Both the position numbers and the translations under genes were made by a program. The notes under the pieces are model-generated. The model saw only the letters and a program-made list of their open reading frames with translations, was not told where the DNA came from and did not search any database. Of a stretch of 64,000 bases of DNA, positions 46,184 to 59,869 are shown one piece after another (position 1 is the first letter of the stretch; every line of letters starts with the position of its first letter). The stretch lies in assembly GCA_044892525.1 (NCBI GenBank), contig CM097887.1, positions 61,814,001 to 61,878,000 on the forward strand, given 5' to 3'. This DNA is from Schmidtea polychroa. Its lineage: Eukaryota.

Positions 46184-48026
46184 ANNNNNNNNNNNNNNNN
46201 NNNNNNNNNNNNNNNNNNNNNNNNNNNNNNNNNNNNNNNNNNNNNNNNNNNNNNNNNNNNNNNNNNNNNNNNNNNNNNNNNNNNNNNNNNNNNNNNNNNN
46301 NNNNNNNNNNNNNNNNNNNNNNNNNNNNNNNNNNNNNNNNNNNNNNNNNNNNNNNNNNNNNNNNNNNNNNNNTAAGCTATAGAAAAGAGACTTCTTAGAA
46401 GGTTTAAATTGTTGGAGATGGAGTCTATGCTTATTATAAAATTCCTTATACGTTATAACTTCAATAACCTCACATTTAGGGCATAGGATGTATTAACCTG
46501 AAAAGAAAGGAATTAGATTGCGATGTTTGACCGGAGTTGGCAGTATTTAAGGAAAGTTAGATCTATTCAGGTTTGCCGATAATGGACGAAAGAAATAGGC
46601 AAGAAGCAATCGTTTTACTCGCAAGGATAAATGTGATTGAAACGCAATCTATCTGACTGGTTAAAATACAGTTAAAACATTTTAAAAAATAAACACAAAG
46701 TTTCAGAATTCGTTTTTATAAAGTTTTTATTTTTTAAATTTAAAATAATTTTTTTATTTTAATTGACATTTTGAATACTTTATATTTATTTATTCATATG
46801 AATTTTATGCGGCCTCTTACATAATTATATTAGCTTTCAATATGATTGGATAATATTAATAATAAACAACAATTATTTTTTTCTGTATTTTCCATTAAAA
46901 TGATTATACCGCCATATAAGCAATTATTTATGTTCGATGAAAGCTTTAATTATAAAACAATTATAATTCTAATTCTTTTTATATAAAATTTATTAATAAT
47001 AATCTCTAAATTTTATTTTAGAGAAGATATTGACAAAATATTTTTATTCATTCCAAAATTAAATATTATCTTTTTTTATTTTTCATCGTTGTTATTAATA
47101 CGATTTAGTAAAAATTAACTAAATATTTCTGATCTCAGGATTTGTTCTTTGATGCCACATTAGGTTTTATATTTTTATCATAGACATTCATTTTCAACAA
47201 ATTGTTTAATTTTTTTTTTGAATTTTTCATTCTGTTCTTTTTATTTTTTAAATGATTTATTATTATTATTATTCCCTTATTATTATAAGAACTTTTTTTT
47301 CAAATTTTACCACTGATTTCTTTTTCATTGTATTTATTATAAAGCTTGAATCAATAAATATATCGATGTTTTTGATATTTTCAAATTTTCGGCAAAATTC
47401 AAAAACATCGATATATTTACTGATTCATAGTCTTCAAGATTTTTAATAAATTTACTATTTTTAATAAATTATTATTTGTAAAATATATTCTTTTTAAAAA
47501 CTAAAATCTTAGTAATACATGTTTTATGAAATTATATTTTTTACATATTATAATTATATTTTTTACCTTTCTAAATATTCCCCCAAAGCGAAATAGTTAA
47601 ACAAGTGAGTAAAGTTTGGGATCAATATTAATTTATCGTCCAAATAATCAAAATAATAAAATAAAGAATAATTAAACTACTTAAACTAGCGGTTAACTCC
47701 TAATAGTATCACCAGACCTAATAGTATCATTTTATCAATAATTTTTAGTGATATTATTTTAATATAATCACCATTTTAACACGTTCACTGCCACGTATAA
47801 CATATGTTATACGGGTATGTTCCCTTAGGCGCCAGTATAACACATGTTTTATACGTTCAAATTTTCATATGCACTCCGTTTAACAACAGTGTCAACGCTC
47901 TATGGATATTTCTATGCACTTATATATCGTGGCGCATGTGGGTAAGTTAAAAAAAACTCTGTGGCGTGCTCGGGATGAAAATAAACTTGTCATTTATATT
48001 TGAATGTTTATTAAAATGCAGATATA

Positions 48027-48790
48027 GCTTTTTAACACTATCAACTTTCTCGACTCTCAATAATTTGCGGGCGAATGCTACGAAATAAAATTTATAAGTA
48101 TTTTATTTGAATATACGAAATTAATGCTTTTTTAATTTATAAATTTACACCCCAAATTTATTTATAACGCAAAATAACTTTTGCAGTAAAAAAAGAAGTC
48201 TTAGGATATATAGATGAAGGAAACACCTTATACAAACCAGCGCAATACTTTTCATCCCGTGATAACTATATTTACGATCCATCGAAGTTTTATCAATGGG
48301 AGAAAAATAAAAACAAAATTCTCTTGACTAGTGCGGTTTTGAAGAGGTATAGTAGAGCTGGAAGGAAAATAAGGATTTAGGCTTTAGAAATGATAATTGC
48401 GGATGAAATTATTAATTTGAGGATTCAAAACATAAATGTAACAAGATCGTTCATAGCTGATAGAGCTAGACAGTTAGCTAATTAATGTAATGTTGAATTA
48501 TCGGCATAAAGTCGTTGGATTGAAGGCTTTATGAGCAGAACTAACTTCTCGTTGCGTCGGACAACCAATCTTACCCCGTTAACAGAAATCCAATTGATTC
48601 AAAGAGCGGTTAATTATATGACATATTGGATCACGACTTCCTCATATAAATATCTCGAAAACAGTCTTATTGGATGAAACTGCTGTCTATTTCGAAGATT
48701 TAAGAACTCAGACCCTTGATATTCGAAGGATACAGCATGCTATAATTAAAAGCACAGAATTTTCTTCAATGAGTATTACAGTTATTTGTA
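48027..48790 (+). pseudogene. Decayed pogo-type transposase with its 5' TIR
   Basis: CENP-B-HTH-like SRWIEGFMSRTNFSLRRTT and DDE-like MDETAVYFE...STEFSSM; preceded by TA plus a ~55-bp TIR also seen inverted at 40898-40952. Confidence 0.7.
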
Positions 48791-50419
48791 ACCCTTTAAG
48801 TATCACGAGTCTTTGTTATAATTTCATCATTTTAATAATTGTCAGATTAACTCATCCAGACCCTGCTTATCTATTGTTCTAACTGTACATTGCACAGGGG
48901 AGCCAGAATAATGGTGAGCGTCCGTGAATATAATAAATAAATCCTTTTTGTTTAAATTGATATTTGTAAATATCTAAAAAAACAAACATTTTCATTTTTT
49001 CTTTAATTTTTTCATGTTTTTGTTATTGAATTAAATTTTTCTTTTAAAATGAATAAATTTTTTATGTCTCTAAATTCAGTTTTTGTTTTTTAAATTAAGT
49101 ATGATTTTTATTTATGAAAATAAAAAATCTGAAATAAACTTCTTTTTTTTTGAACCTTTTCTTTTTGAAATCCTCTCCAAGAAATATCCTCAATGACCTT
49201 CTTCCTCAAATGGTTCGAACATATTTTCAAATTCATAATTCATTTTAATGATTAATTAAAACAATGAATAAAACAATTTATTTTAGAAAATTAATATTTT
49301 ATTGTTGTGGCAAAAACAACACAGATTCAAAGTTGGTTTAAAATGATACCTAAATAAATTATTTATAAAGTAAATATTTACAAATTGAATTGACATGAAA
49401 CCAAGAGCGTAGGTCCCAAATGTTGAATGAAGTTCCATTTCCACGAAGCTACGGAAGCCGTGAGATAATATTTAAAACTTGTTATTGTAATTTTGTGAAT
49501 TATGTAACGAAAATATTTGGTCGACAAATGAATATTATAAATTTTTAAGTGAAATTTGTTTTGTTTCAACAAAATTCGTTGAGCTAATAAATGAAACCCG
49601 TGTTGCCAAATGATAATATTATTAATGGAATTTTATCATACTGAATGGCATCCCCAGTTGATATCAAACTGAACATTTAATTTATTTATTATTTATTTAT
49701 TGTTTAAATTTAGGGTTTTTCTAAATTATTTTATATTTAATATTACTAATCAATTTTGTAAGACATAATTCAATGAGTTTATTTGATTTTAATGTCGAAA
49801 AATAATTGAAAAACGATAACACGGTCAATCGGTATTTTATATCATGTATATTTAGATAAATATTGGCCATAATGTTGGGGAAAAAAAAATTTACACCAAC
49901 GTAGCTGTAACAAGATCGAAATGCGTCGAAAAATAACACGCAGACACAGCACTGAGTAAAGTTAAAATAAAAACACGTTAAAACACAAGTTAAACATAAT
50001 TAAAAGAACTCACACAACACCAAAATGATAAAACGCAAAAATAAAATAAAACAAGAGCAAGAAGAATTGCACAAAACAAACTAATACATAGGATATATAA
50101 ATAACAAAAGTAAACAAATTCGAGTACACCAAATTTTTCTGAATTTATTCTAAGAAAACTTACTTAACACCCCCAGGTGTCTACATTTGGTACACAACCA
50201 CGCTTCTTTGCAAAGCACGTGACAGGTAAGTAGGGCAATTGTGGAGCGTTACCGGGAAGAGTAAAATCAGATAGGAAAATTGGGAACTGCGTCAAGCTTT
50301 TTAGTTTGCTCGTAGTTCCAAGGGCTTACTATATAACCCTAAGAGCTTACCACACTAGTGTCTAGTGGACCATGTAGGGTGAGCAACCTTTTGGTAATTG
50401 ACTCCTAGTGCAACTCGAC

Positions 50420-50760
50420 AATGGCAACTGTTTTAAAATAGTTGGATATCTGAATAAATTTGTTTGAATAAGTGATTTGTGACGTTTTTTAAAAAATTGG
50501 AAGCTTGTGGAAAAATTTATGACGAATATACAGAGTTTTAAAACAGAATTGGATTTAACTATAATATTTTACGGAACTACTTAAGAGGTTTATATATTTA
50601 TTAATCAATTTAATAATATGATATGTTATTGCAATATTTTTTTGTCATTATCTCATAAATTATTTTTTCAATATCTCATTTTCTAAATTTCATAGTTCCT
50701 AGAAAACACATTGCCCAGTGTGGCTGTTGGATAAGTCGGCCCTGTATGCAGGACACAGCA
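50420..50760. repeat. Interspersed repeat, copy 1 (copy 2 at about 58432-58839)
   Basis: aatggcaa.tgttttaaaatagttggatatctg...gtgtggctgttggataagtc is shared by both copies in direct orientation. Confidence 0.85.
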
Positions 50761-50781
50761 ATTTGCGCTGTATATAAACAA

Positions 50782-50820
<39 letters not shown>

Positions 50821-51239
50821 ATTACAAGCTTTTTGATACCTAGTGCAAATCCCAATAGTAGACTAGTTTCGAGCTTTTGGCTCTCATCAGTACTATGCAG
50901 GAGACGCGAAGATTTCTCTTCGCGCCAGGTAAGTATACAATATTGCCGATTCAACTCTATTGCATACTGTCCCTGGTACACTCGAAATCACATCACTTGC
51001 AAATTAGCTAAATCACTGAAATAATATCTGCAAACTTGTAAACAAATCACATTCGCCTCTGGAGACACCGTCTATACATATAATCTGTTTACAAGTGCAT
51101 CTGTAAACCTTTAGCATTTTTAACTTGTAATGGTGTAAAATATTTCTTTTTGCGGATGTCTAACATTAAAATAATATAAACATTACAAGCTTTGGATACC
51201 CAGTGCAAATCCCACTAGTAGACTAATTTCGAGCTTTTG

Positions 51240-52100
51240 GCTTAAATCAATTCCTGAAACGTACCTGGTGCCGCTGCTATTCCAAATGACATTCTGTTAA
51301 AACAGTATTGCCCTGATTTGGTTGAAAACGCCGCTTTTAATTTTGATTCGTCTTCTAGTTCTCATTAATAATACTTTGCTCCACCCAATTTATCTAACAT
51401 CTCTGCTATATTCGGCATAGGGAACGCCTGTCTCTCTGTTTCTAGGTTTAATTGCCTGAAATCAAGGCATAATCTGATATCTTGCTTTTCTTTCTTTCAG
51501 ACGCATATTAATGGAGTGTTTCATGGCGTTTTGATGATATTGTTTACCCATAAGGTTTTTAACACTTCATCTATTTTACCTTCCAAGTTGACTGGTTGTC
51601 TCCAAGATTTAATATTTATCGGTTTTCCTTGAGTTTCTATTTTATGCTTCAGCCGATTTCCCATTTCAGTCATAAAAACATTTTGATTCTTTTTTATAAT
51701 GTTCAGTAATATCGGGTTATTTATCTTTAAAGTATTCTTTGCTCTTTGAAATCGTTCCATCTCCGCTATTGTATTCCAAAATTTGGCTTCGATACCGCAT
51801 ATGAGCTCTTGCTTCGTTTTCTCAATCTCTTCTACTGGCAACTTTAGTTATATACCAAATTATTTTTGCAACTCTATACGACCAATTATATATCTTACTA
51901 TCGTAAACTTTACCCTTATTTTCCTACCATTTATTCCTATTTCTAATATTGCTTTACCTTTCGTTTCTAAAACACTATTATTTGCACAACTCAATGTGTC
52001 AGTCGTTGTTCCTAGCTCTACATCTTAAAGTTTCTCAAATTTTCTCCAACTCATGACATTTACTGTAGCTCCTGTATCGAGCAGGTATTCCATATTCAGT
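51240..52100 (-). pseudogene. Decayed Ty3/gypsy protease-RT fragment
   Basis: YLLDTGATVNVM, IRLCLDFRQLN, FPMPNIAEMLD, RMSFGIAAAPGTFQ, with several stops. Confidence 0.85.
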
Positions 52101-53267
52101 CACTATGGGTTTTACCCTAACACTGGTAAAAAATAAAAGAAAATAAACTTAAATAAAACTAAAAACAATATAATTCAATAAAGTTTTATTAATCAATAAA
52201 AATTAAATTAAAATAATATAATGTTACTCACTAATATTGGAGCAGTAGTTGCAAATTTATAAGACTTGAATTGAAATTTAAATAGGTTTTAGAGCAAAAA
52301 GAGCTTTAAAAAAAGTGTCATATTTTTAGGAGAAAATTTAAACGATGGCTGAATTTACTCAAGTAGTTCGATTAAACAAAATCTTTGGCCTTAAACCATT
52401 TTTTGTAAACTTTTTATCCATAGGACATTTTGTTGATTAGGTTTTAGTAAAAAATTTTATTTAATTCATAAAAATGTAAAGATTTCTTTTTATTTTAAGA
52501 ATGCTTTTTAATTAATTTATCAACTACTTGGGTAACATCAGCCGCCTGGAATTTCACCCCAATATTATGAATAATGATCTAATTTTGACTTTTCTTTGAT
52601 AGTTTACTATAATTTTTGTTGTAGTACTTGTTTCTTTTTTATAATATAATTTTTAATACTAAATTTCTCATCTACAAAAGGTATGCATTTCAGGAAAAAG
52701 GATCAATTCATATAAAACGTGGTTGCTTAACATTTTCCAGGATCTGGGGCGCATGGTAAAAATATTCAACCACATTTAAAAGTTTAGTTTCATTATGAAA
52801 ATCAAAAAAATACAATGTATATTATATATATATATATATATATATGCAAAATGCAATAAGTTGAGCATAAGAAAAAAATATATAAATGGACTTATGTAAA
52901 TGTAAATGTCTATATACGAGTAGTACTTATGTAACATAATAAATTAAATTGTAAAATTGCATGTAAACTTTATGAACAGTTTTAGTATTTTATATTTTCC
53001 TTTTTCATTGTAAAATTCAAGTCATTTTCCAACCGCGGGCTGCCTCCTGCTGATATAAAAGGTCTAGTCGATCGAAATTTATCTGAAATTATGCTTACTA
53101 TTTATTCTATCTTTTAAGTAATAATAAAAGCAGAATTTCAAGAATTCTTATTATTGGGAAAATAAAATATTTATAAATATTTATATTTAAAATTTATAAA
53201 TTCAAATCATAAAATTTAATTAAAATTTAATCAATTTTAATGCAATTTAATTATAAATAATTTAACA

Positions 53268-54041
53268 ATGTCTGTAGCTAAAGAAGAACAAAATTCTGAA
53301 CCAAACAAGCGAAGTCACAGACATAACGAATACAAGCATAATTCTTTTATGAACGAAAGTGCGCCTGGTGAAATTGCAGCTTTGTCAACTTACGAAATTC
53401 CCGAACAAAGTTCTAGATTCAAGGATCCTTACATTGAATACGTGTATAGTTCTAGATCACCAAATACCAATCAGAAAACAGTTGGAAATCTCCTCCATCA
53501 AACTGAGATGGAAAAGGTAGTTGATAAGATTGATACACCAGAAAAAATTGAAAAGTTTCGATACGATGATAAATTTTACTCAAAAATCTATCGAAATCCC
53601 ATATTAAATAAAAGAGAAAAGATAAATAGTAAAAAGGACGAAGTCGATAAAATAAATACCGCGCCTGGGCCAACTTCGTCATATAATGAAGCATATAACG
53701 ATGAAAAATATACAGATCAATCCAAATCTAGACATTCGCATCCGGTTTATAAAAGTCCAGTAATTCGCCATTCTGAAGAATCCATTTCTGATAAAAACAT
53801 TAAAAGTTTTTACACGTCGACCTATAGCAAATGCTATGAAAACCAAGGAGTGCCGGCGACGTCAACTCCGCAATTGACAAATTGCAATTCCAACAATTCC
53901 CAAATCAAATTGCGGCCCTTAAATGGAAATTTAAATGAAAATCCCATTAAAGGAAAATATTTTTGTCGAGATGACAATTCAAAAATTATAAATAAATTTA
54001 AGAGTCGGAACGATCCGATTATTTATCCATTTAAAAACTGA
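53268..54041 (+). CDS. Uncharacterised single-exon 257-aa host protein
   Basis: ATG-initiated open frame in AT-rich context; low-complexity with repeated S/T-Y motifs; no family recognised. Confidence 0.6.
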   Translation: MSVAKEEQNSEPNKRSHRHNEYKHNSFMNESAPGEIAALSTYEIPEQSSRFKDPYIEYVYSSRSPNTNQKTVGNLLHQTEMEKVVDKIDTPEKIEKFRYDDKFYSKIYRNPILNKREKINSKKDEVDKINTAPGPTSSYNEAYNDEKYTDQSKSRHSHPVYKSPVIRHSEESISDKNIKSFYTSTYSKCYENQGVPATSTPQLTNCNSNNSQIKLRPLNGNLNENPIKGKYFCRDDNSKIINKFKSRNDPIIYPFKN

Positions 54042-54439
54042 TTTTGGTTTTCATTTGCAAATTTGACAAGATCGTCGAAAAAGATTTTTGTGAAATTATA
54101 ATGAAGGAAATTGTTTTTATTTTGAAAAATTTGAAATTTTATAATTTTCACGATGAAGTTTTATCAATGAATGTTTGTTGATTGCGACACCGAATGAAAT
54201 ATAAGGGGATCTGATTACTTGGGAGATATACGGATAAACATGTTCTGTCTGATGTCATCTGCTTTCTTGATGCTTTTAGTATATACATAAATGATTGTTT
54301 TTCAATAAGCTTCAAATTAAGGTCAACTTGGACATTAATTAAAGTCTTTTGATGTAAGCGTATTATGTAAAACATAGTTGGCCGCACTTGGTTTCAAAGG
54401 TGCTGCCTGAAAATCCAGTCTTCATAGTAAGCGAAGTTA

Positions 54440-55400
54440 GTTTTTCTTTGGGAATTGGGGTGGTTTTTGTCGTATTGTGATTTGTTTTAGTGACGATTCA
54501 CAAAAGTATAGCCTGGAAGACATTTATAGCGTCGGATGAAGATGTTTAGTGAAAAAAAACAAGTCACGGGTGGAAAAATGTTAGATTTGTCAGTTTTTTG
54601 GATGCATGAAGTTTATTGAGGGGATTAATTATTGCGTATACAGCTTTTGTCAAGGAAGATATCTGTTCTTGCAGTGAAGGATCAGAAACGAATAAAACGG
54701 AAGTAAATGTGTTTCGAATAGGTGGTCTGGTGACCAATTTATCTGCAATTTTGGCCAGGTGGAAGGGATTGTCTGAATCAACGACAATGACTTTTGGTCC
54801 GTGTGAGTTTTGGACGTGATATTGGAGCGCGTTCAGAAATAGTAGCATAGGAGAGCAATGTCCTTTAATAGTCCAGTATGAGCGTTTTCAAGTTCTCGTA
54901 CAAGTTGGGATAAAATGATGACGGGGCTTGGCCTGTGTATGAAGTGAGTTTTGATAGTTTTTCGATTGCTGTAGCGTTTGTGGATGGATATTATTTTTGT
55001 ATTACTGCTTTGATGGATTAGTAAGGACTTTCTAAGTCTAAGGCGTCGGCTATTTGTGAACCTAATTCTGACATCAACTCATCAGGTATTGCGTCTAACA
55101 TGAGATCTTGCCTTGATTTGGGGATGGCGTTTGTGCGCGATTCAAAAATGCGGAACCAAGATGGTGGAGTGCAGTCTGAGTCTAAATATGGATGTGATGG
55201 TCGATATTTGCTTTGGCGCCACCTCCTTTTCTCATAAAAAGTGTGACTATAGAATGTTCATGGATTGAAAAAGGATCGATGACGAGGACTCCGTTATTTA
55301 AGACGAAAAATTCGTTTTCGTCTATTAAAAAATATTTTGATAGGTCTTTCATGAAATTTGAGGTTACACGGACTTGATACAAAAGGTTTTATGGCGGACA
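54440..55400 (-). pseudogene. Decayed Ty3/gypsy gag fragment
   Basis: Frame-joined PPSWFRIFES...MLDAIPDELMSEL...PY*SIKAVI..YPSTNATAIEKL...GQAPSS, LAKIADKL, and a CFFH...AYKCLPG motif. Confidence 0.55.
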
Positions 55401-57532
55401 GTAATGTTGAGCGTTTTATTATTTATTACATTTGGGCTTTTGCATTTTGGAAAGAGGGAAAATAAAATGATATTGAACTAATAATCAAACATTGCAAATT
55501 CATTATATATAAAATTTAAGAATGAAAAATATACAAATGTCTTAAGAAAAATTATAGATATAATTATAACTTTTTGAAAAAAGAATATTTATCTTTATCA
55601 GTTCTGACACCAATTGTAGGAACATAAAACTTATTAGTACAATATATTTATTGGATTCTACATCTTTTTATAAAGTGTATCTGGCATTAGAGACGCCAAA
55701 ATCAGTCACTCGACTCCGAACCGAGTGGATATCGCATAAAATTCACTCTTAGACCGATGGGTTGCCAATTGACTCCAACTGTTGCTCTACGGTCGTCCAG
55801 ACAAGCAGTGAACCAAGAGCACCAGCCTGGGTGAAACAAGAAGCTGTAACCAACCCCGGTTGGGAGGCCCGCATATAGATCATCGCAGATATAGGATATT
55901 CGGTCGCCAGGCTCCGTAAAATAGAGCACCGAATTCGAACCGGAGAGTTGGAAGATCCGGATGGGGACGTCCTCTGCGAGATCTAGGCCGATTGGATGTC
56001 AAGCATCCAAATGGGGCAGGAGTTGACCCGCACAAGCTCGACCAACGTCCAACCACTCAGCCAGTGATACCCAGAAAAAGTGTATGGACCCAAGAGACAT
56101 ATAGAAGAGACTGAAACCATCGGCGTCCTATTGGCCACACATGTTTTCCTTGTGATCCTGTCCATTATGGTCGATCAAGTTGACTGAGTATCGTAGTAAT
56201 GTGTAGTTCTGCACTTTTCCACACTGTGACTTCGGCTTTTATCAGTTTCCTTGTGTCTAACAATATGTAGTGCTTGTGTACTTCTTTTCGGCGATATATT
56301 AGTGGCATTGGCTATTTTTATTGTTTATTTTATTAAAAGAATAATTTAATAAATTTTTGTTTTTGTCTTCGCATTAAGTTAGAAAAACATTTTAAGGATA
56401 TGTTGAGCTTCATTTTCATTACACTAGAAAGAACTACAAAAAAAGAACTTAGAGTTGACTAAATAAACTCTGAGAAATTTAAGGAAAGTGTAACTGTTTG
56501 AGACGCGATGTGACTTTAATCGAAGTGTCGACTTGATAAGTCATCGGTATACGATATTTTGAACTTCACCTGTATTATTATTTAGTGTTCAAGCTAATGG
56601 AAAACCTGCACAATGAATGGCAGCAGGCGCCCAACAAGCAGAGAAGCTACAGGCCCGTATAGTCAAATTCAAAATCTCGAGAGCACCTGGTTCAACCCCA
56701 CCAAAATGAAAAAAACAGCTGAAGTTGATACATCAAGTCCAACTTCAGAGCGCCTAGGATCAAACTGAAATCCGCGCGTTAGAAATTGAACTGTGGGCGC
56801 TGGTGACTCAGGTCCACCAGAAGATCATTGATCGAGATGTAGCTGAGCAGATCTGGCCCCTACCAACGAAACTGGCAGAAATCTACCCACCGGCACAACC
56901 CAGCAAGCCAAAGCAAAAACGATTGGGCCACTATACGCGGGAGAGGTTGAAAAGACTCCTTATGGCCAACCCAGCCCAGCAGAAAGGGCCTGATCAGTTA
57001 TAAATGTGTGGTATACATCTGTGAATAAATAGATATCATTAAAAGATAGTCATTCCATGAATATATGTGTATATAAATGTATGGACTTATATCTGTATGG
57101 TGAGTATGACGAAAGTATAATGGAGTTGGGAAAACAATCTAGTAAAAGAACAGGAGAAATCGGGCATAAGCCTTCTATCTTCACTCCGTGGATCCAATGA
57201 GTGTTTGACATATATAGTGCAAGCAATGCACTCATTTTTTGCGAGCACTTACGTACTTGATACAGTACTAACATTGATCCCTCAATGGGTAACAAGCAGT
57301 AATACACTATTGTATTCTGGGTTACGCTGGAAACAGCACGACAGGGTAAAACGTATAGCTACCTGTGAGCCACCATTATCGTCACTTTTAAATTTGAAAA
57401 AAATAAGTCTTCTATTTCATTATTCTCTCAATAACTATGCCCATCGAATAACAAATAATTCATGGCTTTCTAATAAGTGGTAATATATTTATTTTATGAT
57501 ATAATTATTTTAACAAATTTAAGAAAATTTAA

Positions 57533-57776
57533 CCCTTTCCAACCCAGATTTTTTTCCGAAGAACACACAGTAGAGGTTATGAGACAACACGCTGGTAAAT
57601 ACAATTGTTTTCTGTCACCTAATACTACATTTATGGGTATTCAACATTGGCAATGCTGCATTGCCAACTGTTAAAAATACATTTAACTTCAGTTGCTGCA
57701 ACATTTTTAATCGTCGAAAGACAAAAATTGAATTTTAAATTAATTATTCCATTTGGAATCATTGGACTGGAAAAGG
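57533..57776. mobile_element. piggyBac-type MITE, same family as 39497-39736
   Basis: TTAA|CCCTTTCCAACCCA ... attccatttggaatcattggactggaaaagg|TTAA. Confidence 0.8.
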
Positions 57777-58431
57777 TTAATATAATATACTTTCAACCAA
57801 GACCTCAAACTTCATTTGCAACCCGTTTTTTAATTTAAAAATAAATTTATAATTTTATTTATTTTAAATATTTTAAAATTGCAATTTAGTTTTAAAAATG
57901 TTAGTATACGAAATTTTGTTATTTTCTTTTAAATCTTATTATTTTTTTTTCATATTTCCTCACATACAGGCAGGGACGTTTTAAGGTCTTCGTTGGGACT
58001 ATGCATTTTTACATTCGTAAGCCATAGGCCCCAAATAAGTAAATTCTACATTATAGTAAAACACACATAATGTAAACACAGTTAGTAATAAGCGTGACAC
58101 GTGCCTACTGTTTTTAGCAACATCTAGACTGACATAATTTTATAGAAAAGAAAAAAGCACACATCAAACAGCAACAAAGCAGTCAAGTTTGGACCTGTTT
58201 ACGAGCCTATGACCATATAGTACTAAAATCCCAGATCCCAATACATTTGTAAGCATTTAAATTATTTTAGTAGTTATTAAAGATTCTCTGGGACAATATG
58301 TCCCTACAGTATTGAAAGGGTTAATCATGATTTCTCAAAGTACAAAATTTTTATTTTTTCTCAATTAACGTTTTGTAATGTTAATTGCTATTATGCAATA
58401 TTTTCTGTCTTGCGAAATGTCGTCTTAGAAA

Positions 58432-58839
58432 TGGCAAATGTTTTAAAATAGTTGGATATCTGAAAAAATTTGTTTGAATAAGTGATTTGTCACGTTTTTT
58501 AAAAAATTGGAAGCTTCTGGATTTTATGACGAATTTACAGAGTTTTAAAACAGAGTTGGATTTAACTATAATATTTTACGGAAATATTTAAAAAAATTAT
58601 AAATTAATTAATTAATTTATTAACATCAATTAAATAATACAAATAGGCGTAAACTTAACATTTAATTGAAACTGTTTCAGTACAAAAATGTTATTGCAAT
58701 AATTTCTTGTCATTATCTCATAAATTATTTTTTTAATTAAATTTATTTTTTCAATATCACATTTTCTAAATTTCAGAGTTCCTAGACACAGTGCCTAGTG
58801 TGGCTGTTGGATAAGTCCGCCCCGCGTGCAGGACATAGC
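58432..58839. repeat. Interspersed repeat, copy 2
   Basis: Direct match to 50420-50760; runs into an N gap. Confidence 0.8.
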
Positions 58840-59869
58840 NNNNNNNNNNNNNNNNNNNNNNNNNNNNNNNNNNNNNNNNNNNNNNNNNNNNNNNNNNNNN
58901 NNNNNNNNNNNNNNNNNNNNNNNNNNNNNNNNNNNNNNNNNNNNNNNNNNNNNNNNNNNNNNNNNNNNNNNNNNNNNNNNTAAAAATCAAACTATTCAAA
59001 GAATCCATCTCAATCTAAATTAGAATCGGGAAAGAACTTAATTATTCAATCAAACAGAAATTGAATGTAATGAATAATATTTGATAAAGTTTCACCGAAA
59101 TAACTCGTTTGGATGAATCCTGGAGATTTCAATTAAAAATATTAATTAAAATGATAAACATCTAATTTATGGGACAATAAATGTCAATTTAGGCTAGAAA
59201 ATTGAATTTTACATTATCATAAATATTTCCCCTGTAGATTTTCTTTGTATTTTGTCAAGGAATCTTCAGCTTTTTTTGTGTTGTGTTTAATATCAATGTA
59301 AATCATAATTCTGAATGACGGATAAATGTGCATTATTGAAATCCTGTCCAATTCGATATCGAATTTATTAAATATTTTCAATAAATTGACATTTTATCAT
59401 TTCATTCAAAATATACTTTGCAGCAAAGAGCTTATTTTATCATTTACTTGTTTAAAATTCAATTATTAGTCAATCCTAAATTAAGGAAATTTTTGAGGTT
59501 TGTAAATTGTTCTTGTTCTTGGGTTATTTTTTTCAAATAAAAAACTTTCCAGCTCTCTGATGAATTTTTATAATTTTAAAACTTGAATAACATAGAAAAT
59601 CTTTATTTATTTTGATTAAATTTAAGCATAAATGTGCATGTGTTGTCGTTGTTTCTGCTTTTGCAGACTATTGTTTTAATTTAAAATATTTTTGACACCC
59701 ATAGAAAAATGTTATCAATTTAAAGATATTTTGGTTGAGGAACCCATTATTTGAATCGAATCTTTAATATTCTCTTTAATACCATTTAATATGAACATAG
59801 ATATATACATAATAATAGAAAAATCCTTATTAAAAAAGAAATATTTGACCTTGACAAATAATTTGAATT

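Noticed and set aside
46149-46382. ORFs spanning N runs (also 58766-59023)
   Set aside because: Artefacts of assembly gaps.
40898-48081. Perfect 57-bp inverted repeat (40898-40954 and 48025-48081) bracketing the palindrome and PolB, at first suggesting TIRs of a 7-kb PolB element
   Set aside because: No TSD at the outer ends; both copies have TA on the inner side and the right copy leads into a pogo transposase. They are better explained as outward-facing ends of two separate pogo-family copies.
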